DNA of 64,000 nucleotides from the human T2T-CHM13v2.0 reference genome, Homo sapiens, in the NCBI RefSeq assembly GCF_009914755.1, contig NC_060930.1. The stretch is one strand, 5' to 3'. Positions 16,397-32,679 of this stretch are shown here, piece by piece. Position 1 is the stretch's first letter; each line of letters starts with the position of its first letter. The position numbers were made by a program, and so were the translations under genes. A model generated the notes under the pieces. The model had not been told where the DNA came from. It saw only the letters and a list, made by a program, of their open reading frames with translations, and ran no database searches.

Positions 16397-18306
16397 TCTG
16401 TCCTCTTTTAGTCTAGTGTCTGGTTTTCTAGCAAACAGTAAATTTAAACAAGTAAACTATTATGGTTTCCATTGCTTACAAAATGATTTTCCTTTACATT
16501 CTTATCATGAACACTATTTTAAGCATCAAATGCAATCATCTAAAATATAAAGGTCAATCATTTATAATAGAAACACCTTGACCACAAGCCCTTGATTGAA
16601 CATTTTATAATATTTCATCTACTTATTAAAACAAATAATTTCCCTTGGGTTGGAGGGGAAGTGATTTCATAAATTAATTAGAAAGCCATCTTTAGCATAT
16701 TGCTTATGTCTGGATCCATGTTTCTGAGGAAAAAGACATTCTCAGGTGATGTATTTTTTTCATGCATTAGTATGCATTTTTAAAAAATAATGCATGTTTC
16801 TTTAATAATTAATTTTCATCTTCTATAAGATGCCATGTGAAGAAGTTGTGGAAATGTAGAATAAAAAGCTAAAGCTGCCAAATTTCTGTTGAACTCTTAA
16901 AAACAGCTCATGTTTGTTTGTCCTCTCGGGTTGTGGCCTAGCCTATTTGCAATGTAATGAAGCTGCAGGGTTCTTGTATAGCTAAAGCGTTCAATGCATT
17001 TCACGTGCTGTGGTGGATGTGGGTGCTGTAGACAGGCTTCTTCTCTTCCTGCTCTCAAAATACCTCGGCTTGACATTTGGACAGATCCTGTCATTGTTTA
17101 AGCTGAGCAAAAAACCACACAAAAGTTGTGTAAGAGATGAGATAACAAAGGAGCGAGAGAAATCTCATGTGAATTTCCAAGTTTTAATTCGTTCTCCATG
17201 AAGGATTTTCATTTCAGTGAAAGTCGCAGCAGAAGAGGGAACTTTCTGGAGTTTTTGAGAATGCCAAACCACATTTTTATCACACTTCTTTGGAAATCAA
17301 TGCCTTTGCATAGAAAATCAAATTCAGGGACCACAAAGAATTTTCAGTGGGAATGTCTAGTCTGAGGGGTCTGAGGTTGTTTTTACTTTATTGTGTTGTT
17401 TAAATATTTTAAAAATATCTTTAGCGTTTGGTCTTTTTTTTTTCTGTAAACATTTAATTTGGTCTGAGAAAAGCTGAATGTTTGGGTGTGACGTTTGACT
17501 GAGGTGGATTGGGGCTGCCTGTGGACATTAGTGAACAGGTGGTAGGCTTCAGGAATATCCAGTTTTAATCAGTTGCATTTGGTACAGAATTTTGAGTAAT
17601 GGTGAAAATTGTTGTCTTTGGAAAGCACAAAAGAAACCTGGAAAGGCAGTTCGGCTCAGGTAGCTACACATAACATTGTGTATGATTTTCACTTCAAAGC
17701 TGTCTGGAAGGAAATGCAGTCAGCTCCAGCTAGTACTATTTATGTACCCAGATAACTAAGATATTGTTTCATGGCCTTGCCTTAGTCAGAGGCCCTTTTC
17801 TCTGTCCTGAACCCCCAGGTATGGGTGAAATTGGAAATTACTAATCTATTGGAAATCAGTTCCTGACATAGTAAAGTTTGCTTTCATAACTGCAGCAAAA
17901 AAGGTCAACTTGCCAAGTCACTGCTGCCATGTGTGTACTGTATTATTTTCAGAAAAAAATATAATAGTCTGAGTCCAAGTTATCTTGATTTAAAATTGAT
18001 AGAGAAAAGAAACTGTCGAGCAAGTTATATAACAACTAACAACATTGCACTTTCTGTATATGAAATCAATATTTAAATAACTTATTTTTCTCCATTGCTG
18101 TTCTTAAAAACATTGTAAGTAGCTGTAATATACCAGTACCAATATGTTCTTGCAATTGCTTCAGCCCAAGAAAGCTGTGTATTGTTTTAAAAATTGTAAA
18201 AATTATTGTGATGATTCATTTAGCATAAAGAGAGGTGGACGGAAGGGTTTTCCTATGTATCAAAACTTGTCTATAATTATGTCATCTATGTACCTAGAAA
18301 AAAGTA

Positions 18307-18312
18307 AATAAA
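18307..18312 (+). terminator. Distal polyadenylation signal of SASH1
   Basis: AATAAA with upstream TGTA elements and a downstream tttttttgttgtttcttggg tract. Other AATAAA hexamers lie at 15029 and 16860. Confidence 0.75.
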
Positions 18313-19156
18313 TTTCTTCAGTTGAATATGCCTTTTTTGTTGTTTCTTGGGTATTTTAAAGATGAATGGAGTAGAAATGAAAAGGAATTTATAAAGTGGT
18401 CAAATAATGAAATATACTGGGAAAATTGTAGTTGTCTGCAATTCTGCCATCACCAGAACTCACCCTCTGACATCCACCCAGATTCTCTTTGCCACTTTAT
18501 TGCTTTATTTTCAAATATGCATAATCGAGTCATATAATGATAGCACCTTAGACCAGCAAGATATTTTTTGGAAGTCATCTTGAGTCTAAGATTATCATTT
18601 TCAAATGAAGAATCTGAGTCCATATGGATGATTGACTTGCTCAATATTATACAGCTAAATGACACCACCACCCATATCTTCTACTGAGAAAGAAAAAACA
18701 AGTCTAGGTCTGGATAGCCTAGAAATTAATCAACATGACAATAATGGGTTTTTAATTTCAGCGTACCACAATTGATACAAAGACACATTTTTAATAGGGA
18801 GAAGAGGGTGTTTGTAATAAACTTTGAGAGGTAATGTATGCATTTGAGAAACTATTTAAAAAATTACCATCTTTTCAGAGAAACTCTTCTGTATTTATAA
18901 ATATAATTGCATATGTATTTCGCCATACAGAAATGAGAGCAGATTTTTCATGCTATTCACCATACTTCTAAATGAATACATCTTGGAGGTCCTCCCATGT
19001 CAACATTCTCCCATTTCCTTAAAGGCTACATAATATTCTATTATGCAGGTTTAACCAGTACTCTATGAAAGTGCAACCTTCTGCTGTTATAGAAGAAAAA
19101 GCTATTGTGGATATCACTATACCTATATCACTTAGCATGTGGAATTGCTGTATTAA

Positions 19157-19596
<440 letters not shown>

Positions 19597-20476
19597 TAGG
19601 AGTGAGTGTTCTCCCGACTGCTGCATCATTTTAAAGAACTAACCGTAAACCTCAAATCTTCCCAATCCCCTGCTAACTCCTAAGATTCAACAGTTCAAAG
19701 AAGATGCTCTTTTTCTTATGATTTCTAGGAAACCCTTGCCAGAGTCTTGGTGTTTCTTGTAATCTCTCTTCGTATGTAGATACCTATGATGTATTCACTT
19801 ATAAAGAACATTAATTTGAATAGGGAAAGAAGAAAAGAGAAGGTGGTTGGTTGCCACTGTTCAACCACACAATTCATTTTGGAACCCTTAGAATTGTGAC
19901 TGTCTTTACTCTTAGCTATGAGGACCCTCTCAGAGCAAACTATGTACATTGTACTTCCTAGAACTTAGAGTGTGTGTGAGTGTGTCTGTGTCTGTGAGAG
20001 AGAAAGGGAGGAGGGAGAGAGGAAGAGAAGATGAATGCTCATTCAGGTCTAGGTCTGGACCACTCATCAGAGAACCATGGGAACCATTATTTGGAAATAT
20101 TCCAATTTCCAATACAGCACCCCTCCCACATGACCTCAGAGAAGAATACTCTGAAAAGGGTATTAGCTGTCACCTTCTGCATACTGTAACAAAAACACCG
20201 GAAGACCCTAACCAAACTGAGTTTGAGTTCAATCTGGAAGGATCCCAGGGTACTTGTGTGACGGCCACAGCAGTTAAGACTAATCTGGTTGGATTTTACC
20301 ACCATCCCCATTCATCCTCAATGGACTTTCCCCAAAACTTGGGTAATGAATATGGTTGGAACCATAAGAGAGATGTGTACAAATGGCTGTGGGAACTAGA
20401 GGGAGGATGGATTTGGCCTGGGGACAGAGAGGGCCAGAGGAGGTGGTTCTATGGATAACAGTGTGCCATGTTCTAA

Positions 20477-22180
<1,704 letters not shown>

Positions 22181-24320
22181 GAGATTAAAAAGTCTTGGAA
22201 ATAACAAGAAAATAATTAAGGAATATCCTCTGTGTCTCCAGACTCCTGATCCACCTGGCCCTCAGCCTGACTGAGTCTCTTCCCACTTCATAGAACAATG
22301 GAAATCATCCATTGGGCCTCACTTGCAAACTCCCCAGCATCCTCTTCTCATCTTTCCTCATGGCTCCTGCCATGACCAGGGAAGTGTTTCTCCATTCATC
22401 TAACCCTACTTGAGCTCAGGATGCTGTCCCAGGACTCCCAGCCCCTCATTCACTCCCTCACTTCTCTGTACTTTCCCCTGGGCACGTGCTTGTGGCAGGC
22501 GGTGCTGTGCTCTTCAGGCCAGCCCGTAGTCCTCTATTTTGATATTTGCACTCTCCCTTGGGGAAGACTGCACTCCCACATCTCAAGTTGTTCCTGCCGC
22601 CACTTTCCTGTCATGAGTCCCCATCCTCCTCCAAGCGAGCACAACGCACGCCAGGCTAGAACAGTGTTCACCATTCTTTCCTTTGAAAAACTCTCTCTCA
22701 AACTCACATTTTCCTTGTCTAGATAATCCAGTCTCTTGCTTTTCACAGCCAAATATCTTGAATTATGTTTCTGTCCATTGTCTCTTCTTCCTTATCCTTC
22801 ATATATTCCTCAGCCCACTGCTCCCTGGATGCAACTAAGGCCACGGACGGAAGTAACATTGCTAAATCCAGTGCGACCTCCCCGGCTTCCACTTCCTTGT
22901 CTTCTCTGCAGCATTGCATGGGGCTGCCCTTTGCCCCCACTTCCCATTCTTGATCTTCCCCGCTCCCCTCTGCCCTCTCCCATCTCAACAGCCACTGCCT
23001 CTCAGCACCCTTGGCAGCCTCTTTCTCTGCCCACCCTTTGAATGTTCAGGGGCCTCAGACTTCCATCCCAGGGCCTCTTCTCACCCTTGGTGATCTCTCT
23101 GTGGTTGACTTTTCATCTCCAAGAGTTAGCTTAGAGTAAAAGAAGCAATCCCAGAAATTCGTCACTTAAGAAGAAATGTAGCGCTTCTATCTAAGAGGAT
23201 GCTGATTACAATGAGAACAACCCTCATGGTAAGATGCTGCCCCAGCTATTTGCTTGTTAGACTACCCATGCATCCTCCAAGCACCAGCTCAATTTTGGTC
23301 ATTGTTACAATGTCCCTGAGCTGGGTTTAGTATCTGGTCTCTAGAATAATTCCAAAGAAGGAAAATCAGAGGCTGTATTCTGCTGTGCAGGCAACATATT
23401 ATTCTATAATTTCTGGTATTTTGGACCACCTTCTAGTCTTGGGGAATCAGTTCTATAGTTTCCGTGGCACCCAAAATGTCCTCTAGATCTTTACTTGTCA
23501 GTCCGAGTATGCAACACAAATTGTCCTCCAATGGGTAGAAAGCAAGGAAAGCGTGGTGAGAGCAGCTATTTACTGGGCAAATCACTATACTGAGTGCCTG
23601 AGGCAGTTTATACGCTTTATTCATTCAATGAACACTAAGTGGACATTCATTCTCATCCCTGTTTGACCAGTGTAGAGTCCATGAGCACAGGGACTTTGCT
23701 TATTTTTTCAATCCCAGTACCTGGTACAGTGCCTGACACATGAGGAGCTGAAAATATAAATATTGAATAACAAGGTTCAGAGAAGCTAAGACATTGTTTC
23801 AGGCTGACATAGACAGTAAGTAACAGGACTGAGATTTGAGCACAAATCCGCCTGACTCTAGAACCCACGTTCTTTATAGGATGAAAATTATCTCTAGCAA
23901 CAACTGTCCCCTGAATCTCCTGAACTTTGCACATTCACTTCTCTCTCTTCACAAACAGATGTCTTAAAGTTTATCAACATGTCCCAAATGAAATATCTGG
24001 CCCCCCTGCAGATCTCTGCCCCACCCATGTCAATTTCCCCTCTCAATAACAGCTTCCAGTTACTTCGTTCAGACTTAATCATCCTTTACTTCTTTTTCCT
24101 TTCACATTCTGCATTCAACCTGTTGGGAAATCCTGTGGTCTCTGCTTTCAAAGTCTCTCCAGAATCTGACCATTCCTCACCGTCTCCACTACTACCAAAC
24201 CAGCCCAAGCCACAGCCACCACCCTCGCCTCGATGCTCACTGTGGTTTCCTGCTTTTCCTGCCCCCATCTCCGCCCACCCTTGTGATCTACAGTAGCTCA
24301 TACAGTAGCCTGGGTGACCT

Positions 24321-25037
<717 letters not shown>

Positions 25038-26139
25038 GACCTGTGAAAACATCAGGCAGATCGTGCCGCTCCTCTGCTCAAAACCTCCAATGGCCCCGTT
25101 TCTTTCAGAGTCAAAGGCAAATCCTTTGCGGTGGCCCAGCAGGTTCTGTGTAACCATCTCTTGTGACCTCCTAGCCTCCCCAGCCATCGCTACTCTTCAG
25201 CCACTCTGATTCAGCCACACAGGCTTTCTCCTTGGTCCGCAAGTTTAACGGACCGCTCTCACCTCGGGCCTCTGCAGGCTTCCTTCCGCCTGGAAGGCTC
25301 TTCTTCAGAAAGACCCTGTGGTTTTCTCATGCCCTTCTACAGGTCTTTGCTCAAAGGACACTTTTCAGAGTCCTGGCCTGATTCCGTCATCTGAAACTGC
25401 CTCTCCCTCAGCCTTTCCCTGGGCTACCACTCTCGAGTCCCACACCTGTGCCAGTTTCCACCTGGCGTTCATTCTCACCTTCTAACACACTGTGTCATCT
25501 TTAGGTTTATTGCTTAGTACCTTTCTCCCTTGCTACAATTTAACATCCGGGAACGCACAGGTTTGCTCCCTGGTGAACCTGAACCCTCTCCACTTGACAC
25601 GTGGTATTTGCTGAATGAATGACTATTCCAGAATGACTAGCCCTTGGATCCTAAATGCAAACGCTGAAGAGGCTCTATTTTAACCCTCTTCTTTCCTAGG
25701 TTAGGAGACGGAGACCCAGAGGGGTGACACGAGGGGCTGAGGTCCATACGCGGATGGCTAGTGACAGGGTAAATAGACAAAGAGGCGGCTCCTCTCTGCG
25801 TATCCAAGGCTTAACTTTGACCCACAGATTATTACCTTAAACCTGCTGGAGTGACCAGTTCTCAGGACTGGAAGTTGTGGAAATGACTATCAAGGGTGGT
25901 TTTGTGAACGTGTAGCTCATCACCGAAATCCACACGGAGTTTCCCTACTTTTAATGTCGGGTCACCTTCACATGTGCAGGTGCTAAATGTATCCATCCTC
26001 ACATTGGGCACTACCAGGAACAGAAACATCTAATTTATTGTCTGTGGAAAATACAAAAATTGTTTCATAAAAAAAGAGAAAAACCTACAATTTTGGATTT
26101 CTTATGGATTTCCAAGTCAAAAAACAGTGGCTTAGAAAG

Positions 26140-26610
26140 AAATCAGGGCCCAGAGCCGGTTTCAGGTTTCGGCCTCCGTCTTGCCGAGCGAGCCGCTGCT
26201 GCAGTGCGTGGCCGCCAGAGGGCACTGCTTCGCCAGGCTGGAGGCCGAGCCAGCTCGCCGGGAGGCGCTGGTGGGAGGCGCGGGAGCCCCCGGGAGGAGC
26301 GCGTCCACGCCGCGCGGTGCGGAGCCGAGCCGCAGCCCCGAAACCGAGTGCGGCGGCAGCAGGGCCGGCAGGACCGCCACGACTCACCAAGTGAGCAGCG
26401 AGACCTGGAGTCCTGTAACCAAAACACCTATTAAAACTCCCAGGAGAGCGATGATGGGTGACCGATGGAACTCCTGGCTGCTTTCATGACCGGAGCTGGG
26501 CGGCCGCCTCGGTGTCCTGCACCTGCTGGGGTGCAGCGTCCACGTGTCTGTGTGTGCGCAGGCGCCCTCTTGCCTACTGCGGGAGCAAGCTGGGGGAAGC
26601 CGGATTAGGT
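26140..26610. promoter_or_regulatory. Orphan CpG island
   Basis: Very GC-rich with dense undepleted CpG (gccgcgcggtgcggagccgagccgc) against a CpG-poor background. No recognisable repeat or gene. Confidence 0.85.
26209..26227 (+). promoter_or_regulatory. CTCF core motif
   Basis: TGGCCGCCAGAGGGCACTG closely matches the CTCF consensus TGGCCACCAGGGGGCGCTA. Confidence 0.7.
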
Positions 26611-26929
26611 CACTCCAAGGCCCTAAACTTTAGATGTCAAGCAATGGTGAGGGAACACCAGCCGCATTTTTTGTCTGAACATTTATTTGCTCATGGCCCA
26701 GAATAGCCTAGCAGTATAAGAGCAGCTGCCATCACTCAGTCCTGATGTGTAGTGAACGTACACACTCCTGAGAGCAGTTACCCTTCACAGGATGCCTGTG
26801 CACCGAACACCGAGATCCCCACTTTATAGCTGAAGGAACTGCAGCCACGAAGGTCGCAGGGAGAAGAGATGAGATTTGACCTTGTGTTATTTTATTCTGA
26901 TGCCCTTTGGCTTAACAACTACTGAATAA

Positions 26930-27710
26930 CTCCCTGGTTCTCAGCAGAACCCGTGAGAGATGTATAATTCGAGATTTTTTGCACGGAATTGGCTTAATTG
27001 CGAGGTGTGACGAGGCAAGTCTGAAATCCATAGGGCAGGCTGATCATCAGGAAGGACAGGCTGGAACTCACAGACACCAGCTGATGCTGCTGTCCACCAT
27101 GACATTTCTTCTTCATCAAGGACGCCTCAGCTTTGCTTCTAAGGCCTTCTGATGCATTGAATCAGGCCCATCTGGATTGTCTAGGACAGGGGTCCCCAGC
27201 CCCTGGGCCACAGACTGGTACCAGTCCATGGCCTGTTAGGATCTGATTGCCTGTGAGATCAGTGGCATTGGATTCTCACAGGATCGCAAACCCTACTGTG
27301 AACTACACATGCAAGGGATCTAGGCTTCAGGCTCCTTATGAGAATCTAATGCCTGATGATCTGTCCTTGCCTCCCATCACCCCCAGAAGGGACCATCTAG
27401 TTGCAGGAAGACAAGCTCAGGGCTCCCACTGATTCTACATTATGGTGAGTATGTAATAATAATAGAAAGAAAGATGCACAATAAATGAAACATGCTTGAA
27501 TCATCCTGAAACCATCCCCTCGCACCCCACCCCATCTACGGAAAAATTTTCTTGCATGGAACTGGTGACCAGTGCCAAAACGGTTGGGGACTGCTGGTCT
27601 AGGATACTCTCCCTTACTTAAAGTCAACTGATTTGGGGTTTTAATTTCATCTACAAAATACCTTCATAGAAACACCTAAGTTTGTGTTTCATTGAATAAC
27701 TGGGGAGAGT
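26930..27710 (-). mobile_element. MLT2-type (ERVL) LTR interrupted by MER1
   Basis: gcaagtctgaaatccatagggcaggc...cccttacttaaagtcaactgat...catctacaaaataccttca, MLT2-like. Confidence 0.7.
27187..27596 (+). mobile_element. MER1 (hAT-Charlie) DNA transposon
   Basis: TIRs caggggtcccca / ttggggactgctg. Perfect 8-bp TSD gtctagga (27179-27186 / 27597-27604). Confidence 0.9.
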
Positions 27711-29965
27711 AGAACACCATTATACCTGGGAAGCTTTGCAAAGGAGGCTGCCCGGGGCCTACTGCAGACCAATTGAATCTGAACTTCAGGGAATGAAGTC
27801 TGGACATTCATGAGTTTTTGCAAGTTCCACAAGTTATTCTGATGCATAGTAAGGGTTAAAAACTATGAGTATCTTCAGTGAAGGAGTTCCTGGGGCCTTG
27901 AAATTTACATTGAGCCACCAGCACTTGGTCCACTGTGCTGGGATCACAGGAGAAAAGACAGCGACCAGCCTGGAGGTGGTGTGCTCTGGAGTTGTGCTTG
28001 CTCTGTGACCCCAGGCAGGTCCTTTCACTGCTCAGCCTCATTGTCATTATTTGTGCACATAGCAGGTGCCGGGAAAAGACCTGCCTGCCCCACTGACCTT
28101 TCTGCGAAAGCCACCCCTCTGCTGTCTGATGGCAGAATCTCTGCTTTGTTTGGCCTCATTATTTCCAGTCCCAGGACATGAATCGTAATTGGCTCAAACC
28201 AGTGGCAGCTGTGCCGGCCCCTCCCTCCCAAGCCCCCTTTGCCAGCTTCCCTTGCAGCCATTAGTGGCCACAGGACCCAACTGTATCCAATAAGGCACAG
28301 GCGGAGGGTGATATTTTCCTCACTCATAGAAGATTCTCCTGCCACCTCCCAGGCAACAGTAAAGATGAGGGTAGGGCAGCAGCCACATGGACCACATCAA
28401 TGACTCAAGCCCACCCAACAGGGAGGAAAATCAGAAACTAGTCATAGCTTGTGTCCTCAATGCCACTTTGGAGCCAGGGCATTGTTTTCCTCCTTCAATT
28501 ATAAAGTATTTGCAAGAATGCCTGCCCTGATTGGCAGTAGTCAAGGCAGGGAAAGGGAGAGAAAGATTCTGTAGCTGTTTCATTTCAGAGCTTTGGAATG
28601 TGTGGAGCTAACAGGGATTTTGGAGAGGGAAGATTCAGAACTCAATGATCTAGCTGAACGTGGATTCCCCTGGCTCTAGTGCCTCCGCATAGAGAAAAAC
28701 CTCTTATTTACCACAGGCTCCTTCAGTAAATAACGATTCATCCTGAATATCTCAATGTCCCCTCAATGTCTCCTGAATATCGCATGGTGACTCCTATTTC
28801 ATCCGTGCTTGAATTTTCTTCCTATCCTAGAGTCCTCCCCACATTCTTCTTTCTCTGTCTGTCTGAATTTTACCATCTGAAGTCAAGCCTCCTTCAGCAA
28901 GACTCAAGTAACTCCAGTCAACACCACCCCTTCCTGACAGCCCAGAATGCCCTTAGTTAAGGCATCGGATCTCAGAATCACAGAAGATCCCGGAGGAAGG
29001 GGACCCACCTAGCAGTTTAAACCTGCAAAGCATATCATTTCTTCCTTTGCCTTTTCCTAAACCATCAAGTCCTAACAAATCAATGTAAAACCACATTTGA
29101 AAGTGACACAGATTGGCTGAAATTCTGTTGGAGGACATGTTGCTATCTCTCATACATGCTCCTGTTTAATTAAATATGTCATTAGTCTAAAGGTCCTATA
29201 ATAGAGGTAAGAGAATGCTGAGAACTTCCAGTTTGTCCCATCTCTGAAAGCAAGTAACCTCTTTGATCTGCTTGACCAACAATGTCCCCGGGTAATTAGT
29301 GACTACTTGCCTTAAAATGGAGTCACTAGGAAGGGTCCCTGAAACTTCATGGGGGTGACTGGGTATCCACCTAGGCGGAGAACTGGCAGGTCTTTTTCAT
29401 TTGGCAGCTGCTTCAAGTCCTGCTTAGCCAGGCTGGTTAGAGTTTACACTCTAAGCTCAGAAAGGGCTCAAGCTCCCCCCACCGTAGGAACTCTGGTCAG
29501 AACTCAGCGAAGCCATGCAGGGGAAGTTAGGGACTTTGCACTGGTCCTGGCCTCTCCCCTCCCTTCCATCGTAGCCTGGATGCCATCTGTCTCATGCAGC
29601 TGCCTGGGAGGGCAGACCTGGGAACGTCTCCCTCAGGAAGACAAGGCCTCTCTCTCTGAAGACCATGTAGGCACTGGGGCAGGCGCAGGACAGCTGAGGC
29701 AGGCTGGAGGCTGACCTCTCTCTCTTCTTGACAGGTGGAGGGATAGGGTTTGGGGTTTCCACACCGAGGTCATTAGGGCACATCAGAAGATGGGACCTCA
29801 CTGTCCCTTTGTCCTCTGGAATAGCTCTTCTGAGATTCATTTCACCCACTTCCCCATTGGCTAATTCCAGTCCTCTTCTAGCTCCAATAAGCCTCCTCTT
29901 GGCTTCTATCCCATGTGCCAAGGTGAAAATCTATTTCAAGAGATTGTTTTAGAAGCAGTGGGTAT

Positions 29966-30592
29966 TGGTGGGAGTGTAAATTAGTTCAACTATTGTGGAA
30001 GACAGTGTGGCAATTCCTCCAAGATCTAGAGGCAGAAACACCATTTGACCAAGCAATCCCATTACTGAGCATATACCCAAAGGAATATACATCATTCTGT
30101 TATAAAGATACATGCATGCGTATGTTCATGGCAGCACTATTCACAATAGAAAAGATGTGGAATCAACCCAAATGCTCATCAATGATAGATTGAGTAAAGA
30201 AAATATGATACATATACACCATGGAATACTATGCAGCCATAAAAAGAATGAGACCACGTCCTTTACAGGGACGTGGATGGAGTTGAAAACTATTATCATC
30301 CTCAGCAAACTAATGCAGGAACAGAAAACCAAACACCACATGTTATCACTCAGAAGTGGGAGCTAAATGATGAGAACACATGGACACATGGTGGGGAGGA
30401 ACACACACTGAGGCCCATCAGAGTGGGGAATGGCAGGAGGGAGAGCATCAGGAAGAATAACTAATGGATGCTGGGCTTAATACCGAGGTGATGGGCGACC
30501 TGTGCAGGAAACAACCATGGCACACGTTTACCTATGTAACAAAACTGCACATCCTGCACATGTACCCCTGAACTTAAAAGTTGAAGAAAATA
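29966..30592 (+). mobile_element. Older primate L1 3' end (L1PA13-16/L1PB-like)
   Basis: ORF2 C-terminal peptide (WKTVWQFLQDLEAETPFDQAIPLLSIYPKE), 3' UTR and cacatgtacccctgaacttaaa end. Confidence 0.9.
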
Positions 30593-32157
30593 AAGAAGCA
30601 GTGGGTAATGGTAGGTTTGGAGGAAAGGTGGATAAAGAGGGAGACATTCTAAGTTGCCCCATATCTGGGACCTGAAGCTTGGACCAAAAACAAGTTATCC
30701 TTTCTCTTGGTTTGAGTTCGTCCCTGCAGAATGGTTCACTACATCTGCAAGGGCCCCAGTGGCTGCCAGAGTCCACCTAGAGACCAGAAGAAGGCTCCAC
30801 ATGAGATGGCTGCAGCTCTTGCAATACCCTGCAGTGATCTGCAGAGCAGATTCAGTGCCGGACACAGGGACAGTGTGTGCATTTCTTCCATCTTCCTAGG
30901 GGAGCTTTCCACAAGTTTTCCAAGGGCCCTTTCAGCTGTGGTCTAAATTCAGGGCCTTGGCACCACCCCAGGGAGGAAGCTCATTTACTTTGGCACCTAG
31001 GCACTTCCTAGTTAGTCCCAGCTCCAAACGTATGGAATTGGGCTTTGCTGAGTCCCGTGGTAGTATTTCTCTGCGCTGTCAGGACAGATGGAGACTGTGG
31101 TTGCGCCAGCCATCAGGGACCTCCCATTCTCCCTCCCTAGGGTTCCTCCCCTGCTGGCTTTGAGGTTTAAGGGAGTAGCCCACAAAAGAACGTTTGATGA
31201 GGGGTTCATGCTGGTCGGATCGTGGAGGATTGTTACAAATACTCAAACTTTCCTTACAGATATTTTTTCCCCTCCAAAATTGGAGAAAATGCATAGCGTT
31301 CCTTGCAGGAATCTTTTCAAAAGGTATGTAAAGAATGATTTTCACAAACCAAGAAATCAAATTTTTTCTTCAGGCACTGCCAGGTGAGGCCAAATATACG
31401 CCCAATGGTAGAAAAATGGATGGACTGATTTCTATCATAACACTCTCTAAAAATGTGCAAACTGGACAATTAATTTACTCTCATATTTGGCAGAGAAAGG
31501 AGAGGTGGCATTGCTAGCACCCGTTACTTTCCCAAAGCTGCCCTCAGAAATGTGTTAACTACTTGGTTGCCATGCAGGTGGCCACTTGTGCTAGTGTCCA
31601 GGTTATCAACCCAAGCTTCCCTCTCCTATTTTTCCACCCAGAAAAACAATGGGTAGTCATGGAGAAGACATGTAAGAGGCTGTCCCTCCATCAACATTAG
31701 TGGAAAGATCTCCATGTTTCACCCAAACGCTGAGCGCTGCGATGTCTCTTGGCCTGATTTCCCCAGGGAGCAGAATGCTAAGCCACACTGGCCTTGGCCC
31801 TGCTTCTAGCACTTGCTAAACCATGCGGGCAGAGGCTGTGCTGAGTGCTGTCTCAGAGGTCTGAGCTTCTGTCACGGTTTCCTTCATTCATCGCCAGATA
31901 CTAACTCACCCACTTCTAAGGGATGGCAACCAGAATTTGTCTTCAAATTTAGTTGCTTTATGGAATTTTATAGACTGTTTTATCCTTATTTTTGACTTCT
32001 TCGTGTTTTTATTGACTTTGGCAGGGAGTAGGGCTGGACAAAAAGTGTCTTGGAAGTGAGAGGCGGTGGAAACTGAGTGCTTTCACCAGGGTGATGACAA
32101 GTCATTCTGTGTCTCCTTTCTTTCTTCCTGGCTAAATATTTGTTGGTTATGTTTCTG

Positions 32158-32679
32158 TACAAGATAAAATTCCTATAAAGGAAAATAACTCAAAGTTTAG
32201 ACAGGGTTTCATTTTGATATTAAAGTATTTTGCATGTCATTTTTTAAAAAGTGGAGTCCTTATTTAACGGGAGGAAAGGGCTCTCCTGCCTCCCTGCTTC
32301 CACAGCCCCGGGATAGACTTCGCAGCCTATGGAGTCATCACACCACACTGTCATTAGTGCCCACGTCGATATTCTCCTCCCTGGACTGAGCTCCCAGGAA
32401 ACAAGAATTGGCATGCTGCATCATTCCTACCCCACCAACCAGCGCAGCGCCTCCTCCATGCCAGGGCTCCACAGGTATTTGTTGGATGAAGAGTACACAA
32501 CCAGAAAGTTAACGCCAGCACCTTTTTTTTTCTTTTTTCAGGAGCCTACCCTAAGGGAGAGTGGAAATGAGCAAAAAAGGAATGTGCAGCCTGGGGACTT
32601 TAGGTCTGCTCCAGCCTGTGCCTGCCAGCCTTGGCCACTCTGCCCTAACTTCTAGTTCTGTCTTCTGGGACGTTGCTTT
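32158..32679 (+). repeat. Inverted duplication, left (source) arm
   Basis: Reverse complement of 35071-35594 at roughly 90% identity by eye. Confidence 0.95.

Noticed and set aside
19949-20458. 169-aa ORF with a Trp-rich end
   Set aside because: It starts in GT/GA microsatellite sequence, has no recognisable domain or splice structure, and is probably chance or decayed repeat.
26199-26208. TGCAGTGC as the CTCF upstream (ZF9-11) motif
   Set aside because: It abuts the core without the usual 5-6 bp spacer, so only the core is called.
26060-26706. Many overlapping ORFs on both strands
   Set aside because: Stop-codon scarcity in a CpG island explains them. The products are Arg/Ala/Pro-rich with no homology.
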